Assembly (NCBI GenBank): GCA_910576325.1
Contig: CAJTIM010000034.1
Span: forward strand, 9,942-33,941
Direction: 5' to 3'
Origin: Clostridia bacterium
GTDB taxonomy: Bacteria; Bacillota; Clostridia; Lachnospirales; Lachnospiraceae
DNA: 24,000 nucleotides
Shown here: positions 1-8,485 of the stretch, in pieces
How positions within the stretch are numbered: the stretch's first letter is position 1
Layout: every line of letters starts with the position of its first letter
Translations under genes and position numbers: made by a program
Notes under the pieces: model-generated
Databases searched by the model: none
What the model saw: only the letters and a program-made list of their open reading frames with translations
What the model was told of the DNA's origin: nothing

Positions 1-235
1 CCTTTGCACTGACTACAATCACCGGGATTCCCTGTACTAAGGGAAGCACCTGTTCTCCGGTCAGGCCGGGCAGCATCAGGTCCAGGAGAATGAGATCCGG
101 ACGGTGCTCTTTCAAAAGATAGACCGCCTCCGTACCGGAGTAAGCCCGCAGAACGCTGTAGCCCTCTTTCTTTAAAATCTCTTCTACCATATCGCCAATA
201 TAGATATCATCGTCAATGACTGCGATCTTTTTCAT
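1..235 (-). CDS. Response regulator, N-terminal receiver (REC) domain; the gene runs off the left edge
   Basis: Absent from the ORF track because it is truncated. The reverse complement from the ATG (CAT at 233-235) reads MKKIAVIDDDIYIGDMVEEILKKEGYSVLRAYSGTEAVYLLKEHRPDLILLDLMLPGLTGEQVLPLVQGIPVIVVSAK. It shows the acidic DDD pocket and a phospho-acceptor Asp context (LILLDLMLPG) typical of CheY-like receivers. An AAGGA SD lies about 9 nt upstream. Confidence 0.75.
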   Translation of the reverse strand, partial: MKKIAVIDDDIYIGDMVEEILKKEGYSVLRAYSGTEAVYLLKEHRPDLILLDLMLPGLTGEQVLPLVQGIPVIVVSAK

Positions 236-741
236 AAGATATATCCTTTTCCTTTCCTACAGGGGATCGTGCTTTGCAAATTGTTATTTTGAAATTATTA
301 TACGGCAGATTTTTCAGCTTCTCAACTGCACAAATAATGATATCACCTGTTTGTTCTTCAAAATTATAAGCAACACGCTTTAAGGACTCACAAGAAATCC
401 GTCAGGCAAAGCTTGCCCCCTGTGACAGTTGCTGCGTCCAAACCGCAAAGGATGGGGAAACGCTCTGCGGAATCATCCCCCGTAAGCAGTAACGGATTAT
501 ATATCAATTCGTTCCTGATTTACAAACAGGCAAAAGGATTCTCCATAAACTTATTTTTTCCTAACATAACTTTGTCCCTTTTTTCATATGTTTTGATAAC
601 AAATGCTCGTACAAGGTTTTGCGCTTGCCGGCAGCCGTGCATGTGAGCGGTACTCCGGCTTCAATATTAATATTCCCCAATGCGCCTTAACCTTTGTATG
701 AGCCCTGTTTCCACAATATGCACGAAGGGATGGATTATAAT

Positions 742-3372
742 ATGAAACAACCGGCACCCTCTCCGAACGGCCTTCGGGGACAGAATATCCTGGAGGACGG
801 GCATCACAAAACAATCATGGAATCCTTTTTTGAGCAGCTGAATGATCCGCTGATCTTTATTCTCTTTATCGCCGCCGCCATCTCCATGCTTTTAGGGGAG
901 GTCAGCGACACGGCTATTATTCTCGCTGTGATTCTGGTCAATTCCGTTGTGGGCGTGATCCAGGAAGGTAAGGCTCAGAAAGCGCTGGAATCCTTGAAGC
1001 AGATGACCAGTCCCTCGGCTCTTATCCGGCAAAACGGCGTTTTAAAGGAGATTCCGGCCCGGGATCTTCTGCCCGGGGATATTGTCTGCCTGGACGCCGG
1101 CCGTCAGGTGCCTGCGGATCTGGAGCTGATTTCCGTAAACAGCCTGAAAATTGAAGAGGCCGCTTTAACGGGAGAATCGGTTCCCGTGGAAAAGGATTTG
1201 TCTAAAAACAACAAAGCCTATATGTCCACCAATGTAACCTACGGCCGGGGGGAGGGCGTTGTCACCGCTATCGGCATGGATACGGAGATCGGAAAGATTG
1301 CGCGCCTTATCAATGAATCCCCCACGGAGACAACGCCTCTTCAGCAGCGTTTGGGAGAGCTTGGAAAGTTTTTAAGTATTGTGTCCCTTCTTCTGTGCGC
1401 CCTGCTCTTTTTCATCGCTGTTCTCCAGAAAAGGGATATTATGGAAATGCTGATCACGGCTATTTCCCTGGCGGTGGCCGCCGTCCCGGAAGGTCTGCCT
1501 GCCATTGTTACGATGGTGCTTGCCTTAAGCGTCTCCCGGATGGTAAAGGTTAATACCATTGTAAAGCGCCTGCCGAGTGTGGAAACCCTGGGCTGTGTCA
1601 GTGTGGTCTGCTCCGATAAGACAGGCACCCTCACCCAGAATAAGATGACGGTTACCGCCTGCTATACGGGAGGCCGGATTCTGGATGCGGCCTCCCTCTC
1701 ACCGGAGAAAAACCGCCAGTTTCTGGAAGGCTTTGCCCTCTGCAATGATGCTGTCATCAATACGGACAACCGTCTGGGAGATCCGACGGAGCTTGCTCTT
1801 CTGGATCTGGCTCACCGCTTTTATCTGGAACGTCCTGCACTGGAACGGAAATTGCCGCGGATTCAGGAGCTGGCCTTTGATTCGGATCGAAAGATGATGA
1901 CCACCCTGCACCGAAACGACAGTTCTACTGTTTCCTATACCAAAGGCTCCCCGGATGAAATTCTGAAGCGCTGTGATACGCTTCTGCTGAACGGCAGGAC
2001 GGTTCCCCTGGATTCTGTTAAGCGCAGGGAGATTGCGGCCGCAATGAATACGCTGTCCGGCAGGGCTTTGCGGCTTCTGGCTCTGGGGATGCGGATTGGT
2101 ACGGACCGCCCCACGGAGAGCGGGCTTACGTTTGTGGGGGCTGTGGGAATGATGGACCCTATCCGGCCGGAGGCTGCAAAGGCAGTTCGTGATTTTCGGC
2201 GGGCCGGGGTTAAGACGGTGATGATCACAGGGGACCGGAGCGATACGGCATTTGCCATTGCCAGGGAGCTTGGGATTGCGGAGCGGCCGGAGGATTGTAT
2301 GACGGGGGCGCAGATTGATTCCCTGTCCGATGAGGAATTTTCTAAGGCGGTGCAGAGGCTGTCGGTATTTGCTATGGTTTCTCCTGAGCATAAGGTCCGC
2401 ATTGTGAAAGCGCTGAAGGCTTCGAAAAAGATTGTGGCTATGACAGGGGACGGGGTGAATGACGCTCCCTCTCTGAAGGCTGCGGATGTGGGCGTGGCTA
2501 TGGGTATTACGGGAACGGATGTGGCTAAAAACGCGGCGGATCTGATTTTAGTTGATGATAATTTCGCTACCATTGCCAAGGCCATTGCGGAAGGGCGGGG
2601 GATCTATGAGAATATTAAAAAGGCGGTGCTGTTTCTTTTGTCCTCTAATTTCGGGGAAATTATTACGATGCTGACCGCTATTTTACTGGGGCTTGGGTCT
2701 CCCCTTAAGCCAAGCCATATTCTCTGGATTAATTTGATTACGGATTCCCTTCCTGCTCTGGCTCTGGGTGTGGACCCGGGAGATCCCAGGCATTTTATGA
2801 ACCGGCCGCCCCGCTCCAGTAAGGAGAGCTTGTTTGCCGGAGGGGGCTTGAGCTGTACTCTGCTTTATGGTATTTTGATTGGCTTTATCAGTATGACGGC
2901 TTTTCTGCAGCTTCCGATTTCGCTGCTGACGGCTCATGGGGCTTCTGTGAGTCTGGAAAATCTGCGTATTCTTCTGTCGTCGCCGGAGATTTTGGCGCGC
3001 TCGCAGACTTATGCCTTTACGGTTCTGGGGATCTCACAGCTTTTCCATGCTGTGGGTATGCGTGATGTGGAGACGTCGCTGTTTCGGATGAAGCATCTGA
3101 ATAACCGGCTGATGATGGCGGCTTTTGTGATTGGCTTGGGGCTGCAGGGACTGGTTACGGAGTTTCCTTATTTTATACGGGCTTTTGGGACCTGTCACCT
3201 GGAGCTTGGGGAGTGGGGGCAGCTTGTTCTTCTGGCTGCTATGCCTCTTGTGGCTCATGAGCTGCTTTTGCTGAGTCCGGGGCGTATTTTACAGCAGTTT
3301 CATAAAGGCGAGAAGTATGAGAAGTACGCCGCTAACCCAGCAGAGGTTCGATCTACAATGGGACGATATTAG
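742..3372 (+). CDS. P-type ATPase, Ca2+-transporting (P2A/SERCA-PMCA-like, YloB-like)
   Basis: The 892-aa ORF carries the P-type signatures LTGESVPVEK (TGES), CSDKTGTLTQNKM (DKTGT phosphorylation site), AVPEGLPAIVT (the PEGLP M4 motif typical of Ca2+ pumps) and MTGDGVNDAPSLKAADVGVAMG (hinge). The start is uncertain: the track opens at TTG 694, and in-frame ATGs lie at 718, 730 and 742. I chose 742 (MKQPAPS...), but any of these is possible. Confidence 0.9.
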   Translation: MKQPAPSPNGLRGQNILEDGHHKTIMESFFEQLNDPLIFILFIAAAISMLLGEVSDTAIILAVILVNSVVGVIQEGKAQKALESLKQMTSPSALIRQNGVLKEIPARDLLPGDIVCLDAGRQVPADLELISVNSLKIEEAALTGESVPVEKDLSKNNKAYMSTNVTYGRGEGVVTAIGMDTEIGKIARLINESPTETTPLQQRLGELGKFLSIVSLLLCALLFFIAVLQKRDIMEMLITAISLAVAAVPEGLPAIVTMVLALSVSRMVKVNTIVKRLPSVETLGCVSVVCSDKTGTLTQNKMTVTACYTGGRILDAASLSPEKNRQFLEGFALCNDAVINTDNRLGDPTELALLDLAHRFYLERPALERKLPRIQELAFDSDRKMMTTLHRNDSSTVSYTKGSPDEILKRCDTLLLNGRTVPLDSVKRREIAAAMNTLSGRALRLLALGMRIGTDRPTESGLTFVGAVGMMDPIRPEAAKAVRDFRRAGVKTVMITGDRSDTAFAIARELGIAERPEDCMTGAQIDSLSDEEFSKAVQRLSVFAMVSPEHKVRIVKALKASKKIVAMTGDGVNDAPSLKAADVGVAMGITGTDVAKNAADLILVDDNFATIAKAIAEGRGIYENIKKAVLFLLSSNFGEIITMLTAILLGLGSPLKPSHILWINLITDSLPALALGVDPGDPRHFMNRPPRSSKESLFAGGGLSCTLLYGILIGFISMTAFLQLPISLLTAHGASVSLENLRILLSSPEILARSQTYAFTVLGISQLFHAVGMRDVETSLFRMKHLNNRLMMAAFVIGLGLQGLVTEFPYFIRAFGTCHLELGEWGQLVLLAAMPLVAHELLLLSPGRILQQFHKGEKYEKYAANPAEVRSTMGRY

Positions 3373-3843
3373 GCGGCCCAGTATGCTTCCAAGGAGGACG
3401 GCCAGGGCGCCTATGAGGAAGGAGGCCAGAAATGCGGTGGGTATGGAAGCGGCGGGAATCCCGGCTCCGATTCCTGCCGCAAGGCTGTCGATGGAGAGGG
3501 CGGCTCCAAGGGCTAGTGCTTCTGTGGGGGAGAGTATGGCGTCTTTGTTTTTGTCGGCGGTTTCCGCTTCGTTATGACAGGTGCGGTCGAATAGTTTTAC
3601 CAGGCCCAGGATGAACAGGAGCAGGAAGCTGAAATGCTGGGTTATGTTTCCTGGAAGGAGACGGTTTACTAAGCTTCCTGCCAGGAGGGAGCAGACTAGG
3701 ATTAGGCTGGAGATGGCTGTTACTATGATTATGGAGAGGGGCGGGACTTTTATTTTGCTTACGCCGTATACAAAGCCGGCGGCAAATGCATCTACGGATA
3801 GGGCTGTTACTAGGAGTAGGATTTCTAATAGGTATGAATACAT
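3289..3843 (-). CDS. ytaF: YtaF-like sporulation membrane protein / MntP (DUF204) family putative cation efflux protein
   Basis: The protein is polytopic and shows the duplicated DUF204 pattern (LSVDAFAAGFVYG ... LSIDSLAAGIGAG). Its size and layout match YtaF/MntP proteins. The track start is GTG 3852. I prefer ATG 3843 (MYSYLLEI...), which is preceded by GGTGA at a good spacing. Confidence 0.7.
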   Translation of the reverse strand: MYSYLLEILLLVTALSVDAFAAGFVYGVSKIKVPPLSIIIVTAISSLILVCSLLAGSLVNRLLPGNITQHFSFLLLFILGLVKLFDRTCHNEAETADKNKDAILSPTEALALGAALSIDSLAAGIGAGIPAASIPTAFLASFLIGALAVLLGSILGRLISSHCRSNLCWVSGVLLILLAFMKLL

Positions 3844-3844
3844 G

Positions 3845-3890
3845 AAAATCACCGGATATACTTTTATGGTTATTGTATTCCGGTGATTTT
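3845..3890 (-). terminator. Hairpin downstream of the helicase gene, possibly an intrinsic terminator; its 3' arm overlaps the ytaF SD and start region
   Basis: A perfect 12-bp inverted repeat, AAAATCACCGGA (3845-3856) / TCCGGTGATTTT (3879-3890), encloses a 22-nt loop. On the minus strand the stem ends in a U run. The long loop makes it atypical for a terminator. Confidence 0.45.
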
Positions 3891-3916
3891 GTTCGGTTTC
3901 ATGTGTTGTATTTGTG

Positions 3917-6900
3917 CTATTCTTTTTCTTTTATCCAGTCAAATAGGTTTAGTTGGATTTCTTTTTGTTTTTGCCTTTTTATTTGGGCTTCTTCATGGTT
4001 GACCGTATCCTCCGGCAGCTCTTTTAGGAAGCAGGAGGGGGATTCGGATGTGAGAAGGATTAGTTCTTCTCTGGCTCTTGTCATGCCTACATAGAATAGG
4101 CGGCGTTCTTCTATGAGGTTTGTCTGTCCTGCTCCTGTTTCCAGTGGGAGAAGCCCTTTTTGCAGGCCGCATAGGAGGACGACCGGGAACTCCAGGCCCT
4201 TTGAGCCGTGTAAGGTCATTAGGTGTACGGCGTCTGAGGTGTAACGCTTTCCCGGATGTCGCCGGATGTCGCTTTCTATGCCTAAAAGCAGATGGTTTAG
4301 GAAGTCTTCCATTGTTTTTGCGGCGTAGGACATTTCGGTAAGCTTTTTTAGGGACCGGTCTTTTTCTAATTGGAGGTCTGAGGACCATTCTGTTAGCAGC
4401 TTTTGGGGTTTTGTTTTTTGTATTTGAGTGTTGTATTTTTCTGCTGTTTTTGAGTAAGCTTCGGGGTTGGAGAACAGAAGGCGGAGGCTGACCTCTTTGG
4501 AACGTGTATCTTCGGGGTGCAGCAGATGGCGGAAGAAACATAGGGTTCCTCTTACTGTCGGATTGGAGAGGAAGGGATCTTTGCCTCCTATGATGCAGGG
4601 GATGCCTTCCTGCTTTAAATGCTGCTCGATTCGTTCGGCCTGGCGGTGGGTTCGGTAGAGGATTGCTATATCACCGAAGCTGCGGTTTCGTTCTTTTTCT
4701 TCTGTGTGGGCGGCTTCATGGGCCTGGAGCATGTCTACTCCGCCTATTTGTCGGATAATTTCTCCGGCTAGGAAGGCGGCTTCTTCTTCGGAGCTTTTGG
4801 CTGTTGCCAGGCGGACTTTTGGGCCTTTTTGGTTTTGGGGATGGAGTATTCTTTTTGGACCTGGATTTTGGGATATTACAGGAAGGGCGGCGGCCAAAAT
4901 CTCCGGTGTGGAGCGGTAGTTTTGAGTCAGGGTTATCTCGTGGAGCATTGGATAATCGGTTCGGAGGGCTTCGAAGCAGGCCGCGCTGCTTCCTCGGAAA
5001 CCGTAGATGGATTGATCCGGATCTCCTATTACGAATAGCTGGGTACCATTTTGGTTCCATAGCTTAAGAAGCTTGTATTGGATGGGGTTGATATCCTGAA
5101 ATTCGTCTACCAGGAGGTAATTGTATGATTTTTCTCTTGCAAGGTCTTGTTTTATGTTCTCGTCTCCGGTTCTTTCTTGCTGTAGGAGGCGGCAGGTTTC
5201 TACCAGTAGATCGTCATAGTCCCAAAGTCCCTGTTCTTTCAGTCTGTGGTTATAAGCTTCTATTATTTGCAGCTCTTCTTCTTTTAAGTCTGGCAATATG
5301 GTCTCTTTTGCAATGAAATCAGGCTTTTTATTCTCTGCTTTTAATAGGTATGGCTTTTTTGGTCCTTCGCTCTTTCCTGACGTTTTAAAAAGGGATATTA
5401 AATGCTGCATCTGTTCCGGCTTTTGCTTTAAGCCGGATTCTTTTATGATCTCCCGAAGAATTTCCAGGGCTTCCACATCGTCAATCAGGATTCCTGTCTC
5501 ACCTTTATCCTGGAGGCAGGATAAACAGAGGGCGTGAAAGGTCCCGGCCCGGAGCTTTTTCCAGCCCTGCTTTTTTCCGAAGCTTTTCTGTAAGCGTTCT
5601 TTTAACTGACCTACCGCACGGTTGGTAAAGGTGATGGCTGTTATTTCCGATGGCTTTACTTTACATTCCTCAATAAGATATTGGATATGTGCAATCAGGG
5701 TATAGGTTTTTCCGGTTCCCGGGCCGGCGGTTACGGCAACAGCACGGGCCTGGGTGCGGATTGCTTCCTGCTGCTCCGGGTTTTCTGAATATGTGTCTGC
5801 CTCTCCCTTTTCTTCTGTGCTTTGATTTCTTTCCTGCTTACTCCACTCTTTTTCTTTCGCCTCTTTTTTTGATTTTCTTTTTTCTGTGTCTTCCTCTTTT
5901 TTTGCTTTTGCGGTAATGATTTGACTATTTTCTGAATTAATCTTGTTTAAGCCGAGTTTTTGTTTCTTTGTTAAGTCCAATGGCTCCAATTGTTCCAGAA
6001 AACTCATCTGTCCGTCCGGGCCGTTCAGTTCTTCCGGCTGAAATAAATATATTTTTCCATACTCTCCGTCAAAGCCCGGTGTGCGGATGACCTTTCCCTC
6101 CCGCAGACGTTTGATGCCTTCCCCTATCAAGGTTCCGGTGCTTTTGCAAATCTCCTCTATGGGAATGCGGCGCAGAATCTCAAATTCCGGGCCGAGCTTT
6201 TCCAGCATGGCTTCATATTCCCGCACAACCTTTACGCTGGCGGCGGAGCGGCCGATGGAGGCCCCTATCACTTCGGGCAGAGGCACCAGGCTTTCGTATC
6301 TTTTTGCTTCCCTCCGCACATAGTTTTCCGGGCGGTCGGAGAGCTGCTCTATCCGGTGGGATACGCCTGTGGTCAGCTTCCGGCCGCATATTGGGCAGAG
6401 TCCTTGATGGCGGTCCGCCTCTGCCGGGCTTAGGCAAATGCTGCATTTGCGGTGGCCGTCGTAATGGTATTTGCCTTCCTCGGGGAAAAATTCTATGGTT
6501 CCCTCCAGTCCCTTTCCTTCCTGAATGGCTCCGTAAAGATTCTCGTAGGATAATTGGATGTCCAGCAGATTTGCTTCCCGTCCTAGCTTTGCCGGGGAAT
6601 GGGCATCGGAATTGGAAACAAGCTGAAATCTGTCGAGGGCGGAAACACGCCAGTTCATGGACGGATCGGATGATAAGCCTGTTTCCAAAGCATGTATCTG
6701 GGGGCTGAGATCTCCAAAACATTCCTCCACAGTGTCAAAACCGGAAAATGCGCCGAACAGGGAAAAATGGGGCGTCCAGATATGGGCGGGCACATAGATA
6801 GCCCGGGGGCACAATTCCAGTATGATTTCCAGCAGATCATGGCAGTCAAGGCCCAGAATCGGACGGCCGTCGGAGTGGATATTGCCGATGGTTTCCAGTT

Positions 6901-7261
6901 TTGCCGCTATCATATCCGCATCCTCCAGTCCCGGGAGCAGGATGAGGCTGTGTACTTTTCTGGTTTTGTCGTATTTCTTATAGATTGAGCTAATCTCGCC
7001 TGTCACTACAAAACGAGGCTCCCAGAATGTTCCTGCTGTGCCGTCCTTGAGCCGGTATTCCTTTTTCAGACGATACAGGCCGTCCTCTGCAGGTTCCAGT
7101 TTTTCCTTTAGTTCCTCTCTCCATGCCTTGTGAGTAAAGTCGCCTGTGCCTACCAGGTGGATTCCTTTGCGGCGCGCCCACAGTTCCAGATACTCAGGAG
7201 TACACTCCTTGCTGGTGGCACGGGAATACCGGGAATGGATATGTAAGTCTGCGATGTACAT
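3917..7261 (-). CDS. Fusion protein: N-terminal EndoQ-like PHP-domain nuclease with Zn finger, K/E-rich linker, C-terminal SF1 UvrD/PcrA-type helicase
   Basis: N-terminus: MYIADLHIHSRYSRATS...HLVGTGDFTHKAW is a PHP metal-binding pattern as in endonuclease Q, and a 4-Cys finger follows (CSICLSPAEADRHQGLCPICGRK). A low-complexity linker comes next (KAKKEEDTEKRKSKKEAKEKEWSKQER). Helicase motifs: AGPGTGKTYTL (Walker A/motif I), LLVDEFQDINP (motif II), QNYRSTPEIL (motif IV), TLHGSKGLEFPVVLL (motif V) and YVGMTRAREEL (motif VI). A GGAGG SD lies 8 nt before the ATG at 7261. Confidence 0.85.
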   Translation of the reverse strand: MYIADLHIHSRYSRATSKECTPEYLELWARRKGIHLVGTGDFTHKAWREELKEKLEPAEDGLYRLKKEYRLKDGTAGTFWEPRFVVTGEISSIYKKYDKTRKVHSLILLPGLEDADMIAAKLETIGNIHSDGRPILGLDCHDLLEIILELCPRAIYVPAHIWTPHFSLFGAFSGFDTVEECFGDLSPQIHALETGLSSDPSMNWRVSALDRFQLVSNSDAHSPAKLGREANLLDIQLSYENLYGAIQEGKGLEGTIEFFPEEGKYHYDGHRKCSICLSPAEADRHQGLCPICGRKLTTGVSHRIEQLSDRPENYVRREAKRYESLVPLPEVIGASIGRSAASVKVVREYEAMLEKLGPEFEILRRIPIEEICKSTGTLIGEGIKRLREGKVIRTPGFDGEYGKIYLFQPEELNGPDGQMSFLEQLEPLDLTKKQKLGLNKINSENSQIITAKAKKEEDTEKRKSKKEAKEKEWSKQERNQSTEEKGEADTYSENPEQQEAIRTQARAVAVTAGPGTGKTYTLIAHIQYLIEECKVKPSEITAITFTNRAVGQLKERLQKSFGKKQGWKKLRAGTFHALCLSCLQDKGETGILIDDVEALEILREIIKESGLKQKPEQMQHLISLFKTSGKSEGPKKPYLLKAENKKPDFIAKETILPDLKEEELQIIEAYNHRLKEQGLWDYDDLLVETCRLLQQERTGDENIKQDLAREKSYNYLLVDEFQDINPIQYKLLKLWNQNGTQLFVIGDPDQSIYGFRGSSAACFEALRTDYPMLHEITLTQNYRSTPEILAAALPVISQNPGPKRILHPQNQKGPKVRLATAKSSEEEAAFLAGEIIRQIGGVDMLQAHEAAHTEEKERNRSFGDIAILYRTHRQAERIEQHLKQEGIPCIIGGKDPFLSNPTVRGTLCFFRHLLHPEDTRSKEVSLRLLFSNPEAYSKTAEKYNTQIQKTKPQKLLTEWSSDLQLEKDRSLKKLTEMSYAAKTMEDFLNHLLLGIESDIRRHPGKRYTSDAVHLMTLHGSKGLEFPVVLLCGLQKGLLPLETGAGQTNLIEERRLFYVGMTRAREELILLTSESPSCFLKELPEDTVNHEEAQIKRQKQKEIQLNLFDWIKEKE

Positions 7262-7553
7262 CTATTTTCCTCCGAATAGTGGTATTGATACATGTATTTT
7301 GGGTTGCAAGATAATCATAAGGCTGCTTAGGCATAAATTAAAAATAATTCTAAAGCTCTATTTTATTTCATCCCTAATCTTTCAAAACTGTAAACTTTTT
7401 CATCAATTATATATATTCTCTACTGTAGGATTGTTCATGAATAATTTCCTTTTTTTCGCTTTTTCTTGTTTCGTCTTTAAAATTCTCCCTTTTGGAAAAA
7501 TGCTTCTGCTGTATAAGTTGCTGATTTTACTCCCGCTTAACAGCTCTTCAAAT

Positions 7554-8105
7554 TCATTTCTCCATCATATCATCTATTTTTTGAAGTAAGTCCCAATCGA
7601 CATTTTCAAGCCGTTGATCTAATTCCTCAATTAATTTAAATTTCTGTTGCTCAATTCCTGCGTCATACCCATTTATTTCACTATACTTTTTCATATACTG
7701 TGTAAGCCAATAATATTTATTATATAAGATAACCTCTAAAGGTTCCCTAGTTAATGCGATAACCTCGGTTTCTTTACAGTAAAACAACAAACAATAATTA
7801 TATATGGAATTGAGAATTTGATTCTCATATTCTTTTTTGATGCAATATCCTGTCTTGGATAACAATTCGTCCATATTATTTAATAATAATTTCATATTTT
7901 TTCGAGATCCCTCATGCATAACCTTGTCCAAACAACATGTTTTCCACTTCGAAATAAGAAAGCTCTTAAAGCATATAAATATTACCTTTTTTGAAATTAT
8001 GTTCCATGCATATTTTTGCATATGATTGCTGAATTTGCACTCACCTGGCACTTCTTCAAACCGAAATTTATGCTGATGTACCCCATAAATATAAAATGTA
8101 CTCAT
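7554..8105 (-). CDS. Hypothetical protein (orphan, AT-rich island); the N-terminal third is doubtful
   Basis: This is a 183-aa ORF in the AT-rich segment with no motif I recognise. It has only a weak SD (AGGAA about 13 nt upstream) and overlaps the upstream ORF by 38 nt. It may be the 3' part of a frameshifted single gene, or may really start at an internal Met (MHEGSRKNMKLLL...). Confidence 0.45.
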   Translation of the reverse strand: MSTFYIYGVHQHKFRFEEVPGECKFSNHMQKYAWNIISKKVIFICFKSFLISKWKTCCLDKVMHEGSRKNMKLLLNNMDELLSKTGYCIKKEYENQILNSIYNYCLLFYCKETEVIALTREPLEVILYNKYYWLTQYMKKYSEINGYDAGIEQQKFKLIEELDQRLENVDWDLLQKIDDMMEK

Positions 8106-8445
8106 TCATAGTTTCTATTCCTAAAGTTATATCATTCCATTTTGAAGGGACAACATTTACTGCTTTGATTATCGGTTCATATAGAATATTTACACGCTGA
8201 TTCATCTCTTCCAATCGTGATTTCATCCACGCTATATCATCAGCAGAAGCCGGCAAGTTCGTGCGGTTTTTATATATCTCAGTCCAATTACCGCAAAACC
8301 TCCCGTCTGATTCCAGAAAATTTACAGCCTCTGTTATAAAGTCATTCATTGACAAAAACATATTTTTGCCGGATATAACAACTAAAATATTCTGTTCTGA
8401 AGCCCCTGAGTTAAAACAAAGATTTCCAAAATCAAACGCAATCAT
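8068..8445 (-). CDS. Hypothetical protein (orphan, AT-rich island)
   Basis: This is a 125-aa ORF with a good SD (GAGGAGATTAGAGTGA then ATG). I recognise no family signature. Confidence 0.55.
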   Translation of the reverse strand: MIAFDFGNLCFNSGASEQNILVVISGKNMFLSMNDFITEAVNFLESDGRFCGNWTEIYKNRTNLPASADDIAWMKSRLEEMNQRVNILYEPIIKAVNVVPSKWNDITLGIETMNEYILYLWGTSA

Positions 8446-8485
8446 TCACTCTAATCTCCTCAGCCAAATCCTGATTTCTTATACT

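Noticed and set aside
236-741. A yybP-ykoY (Mn2+) or M-box (Mg2+) riboswitch in front of the P-type ATPase, or near the MntP-family ytaF gene.
   Set aside because: I looked for the conserved cores as I remember them (GGGGAGUAG together with GAGAGACC-type segments for yybP-ykoY, and the M-box consensus blocks). I found none on either strand.
7146-7589. The 147-aa plus-strand ORF spanning the helicase start and the AT-rich region, and the similar ORFs 7837-8025(+), 8261-8488(+), 413-646(+) and 584-814(-).
   Set aside because: These have low-complexity, F/I/L/K-rich translations driven by AT-rich sequence. They overlap better-supported features, and they have no SD and no recognisable motif.
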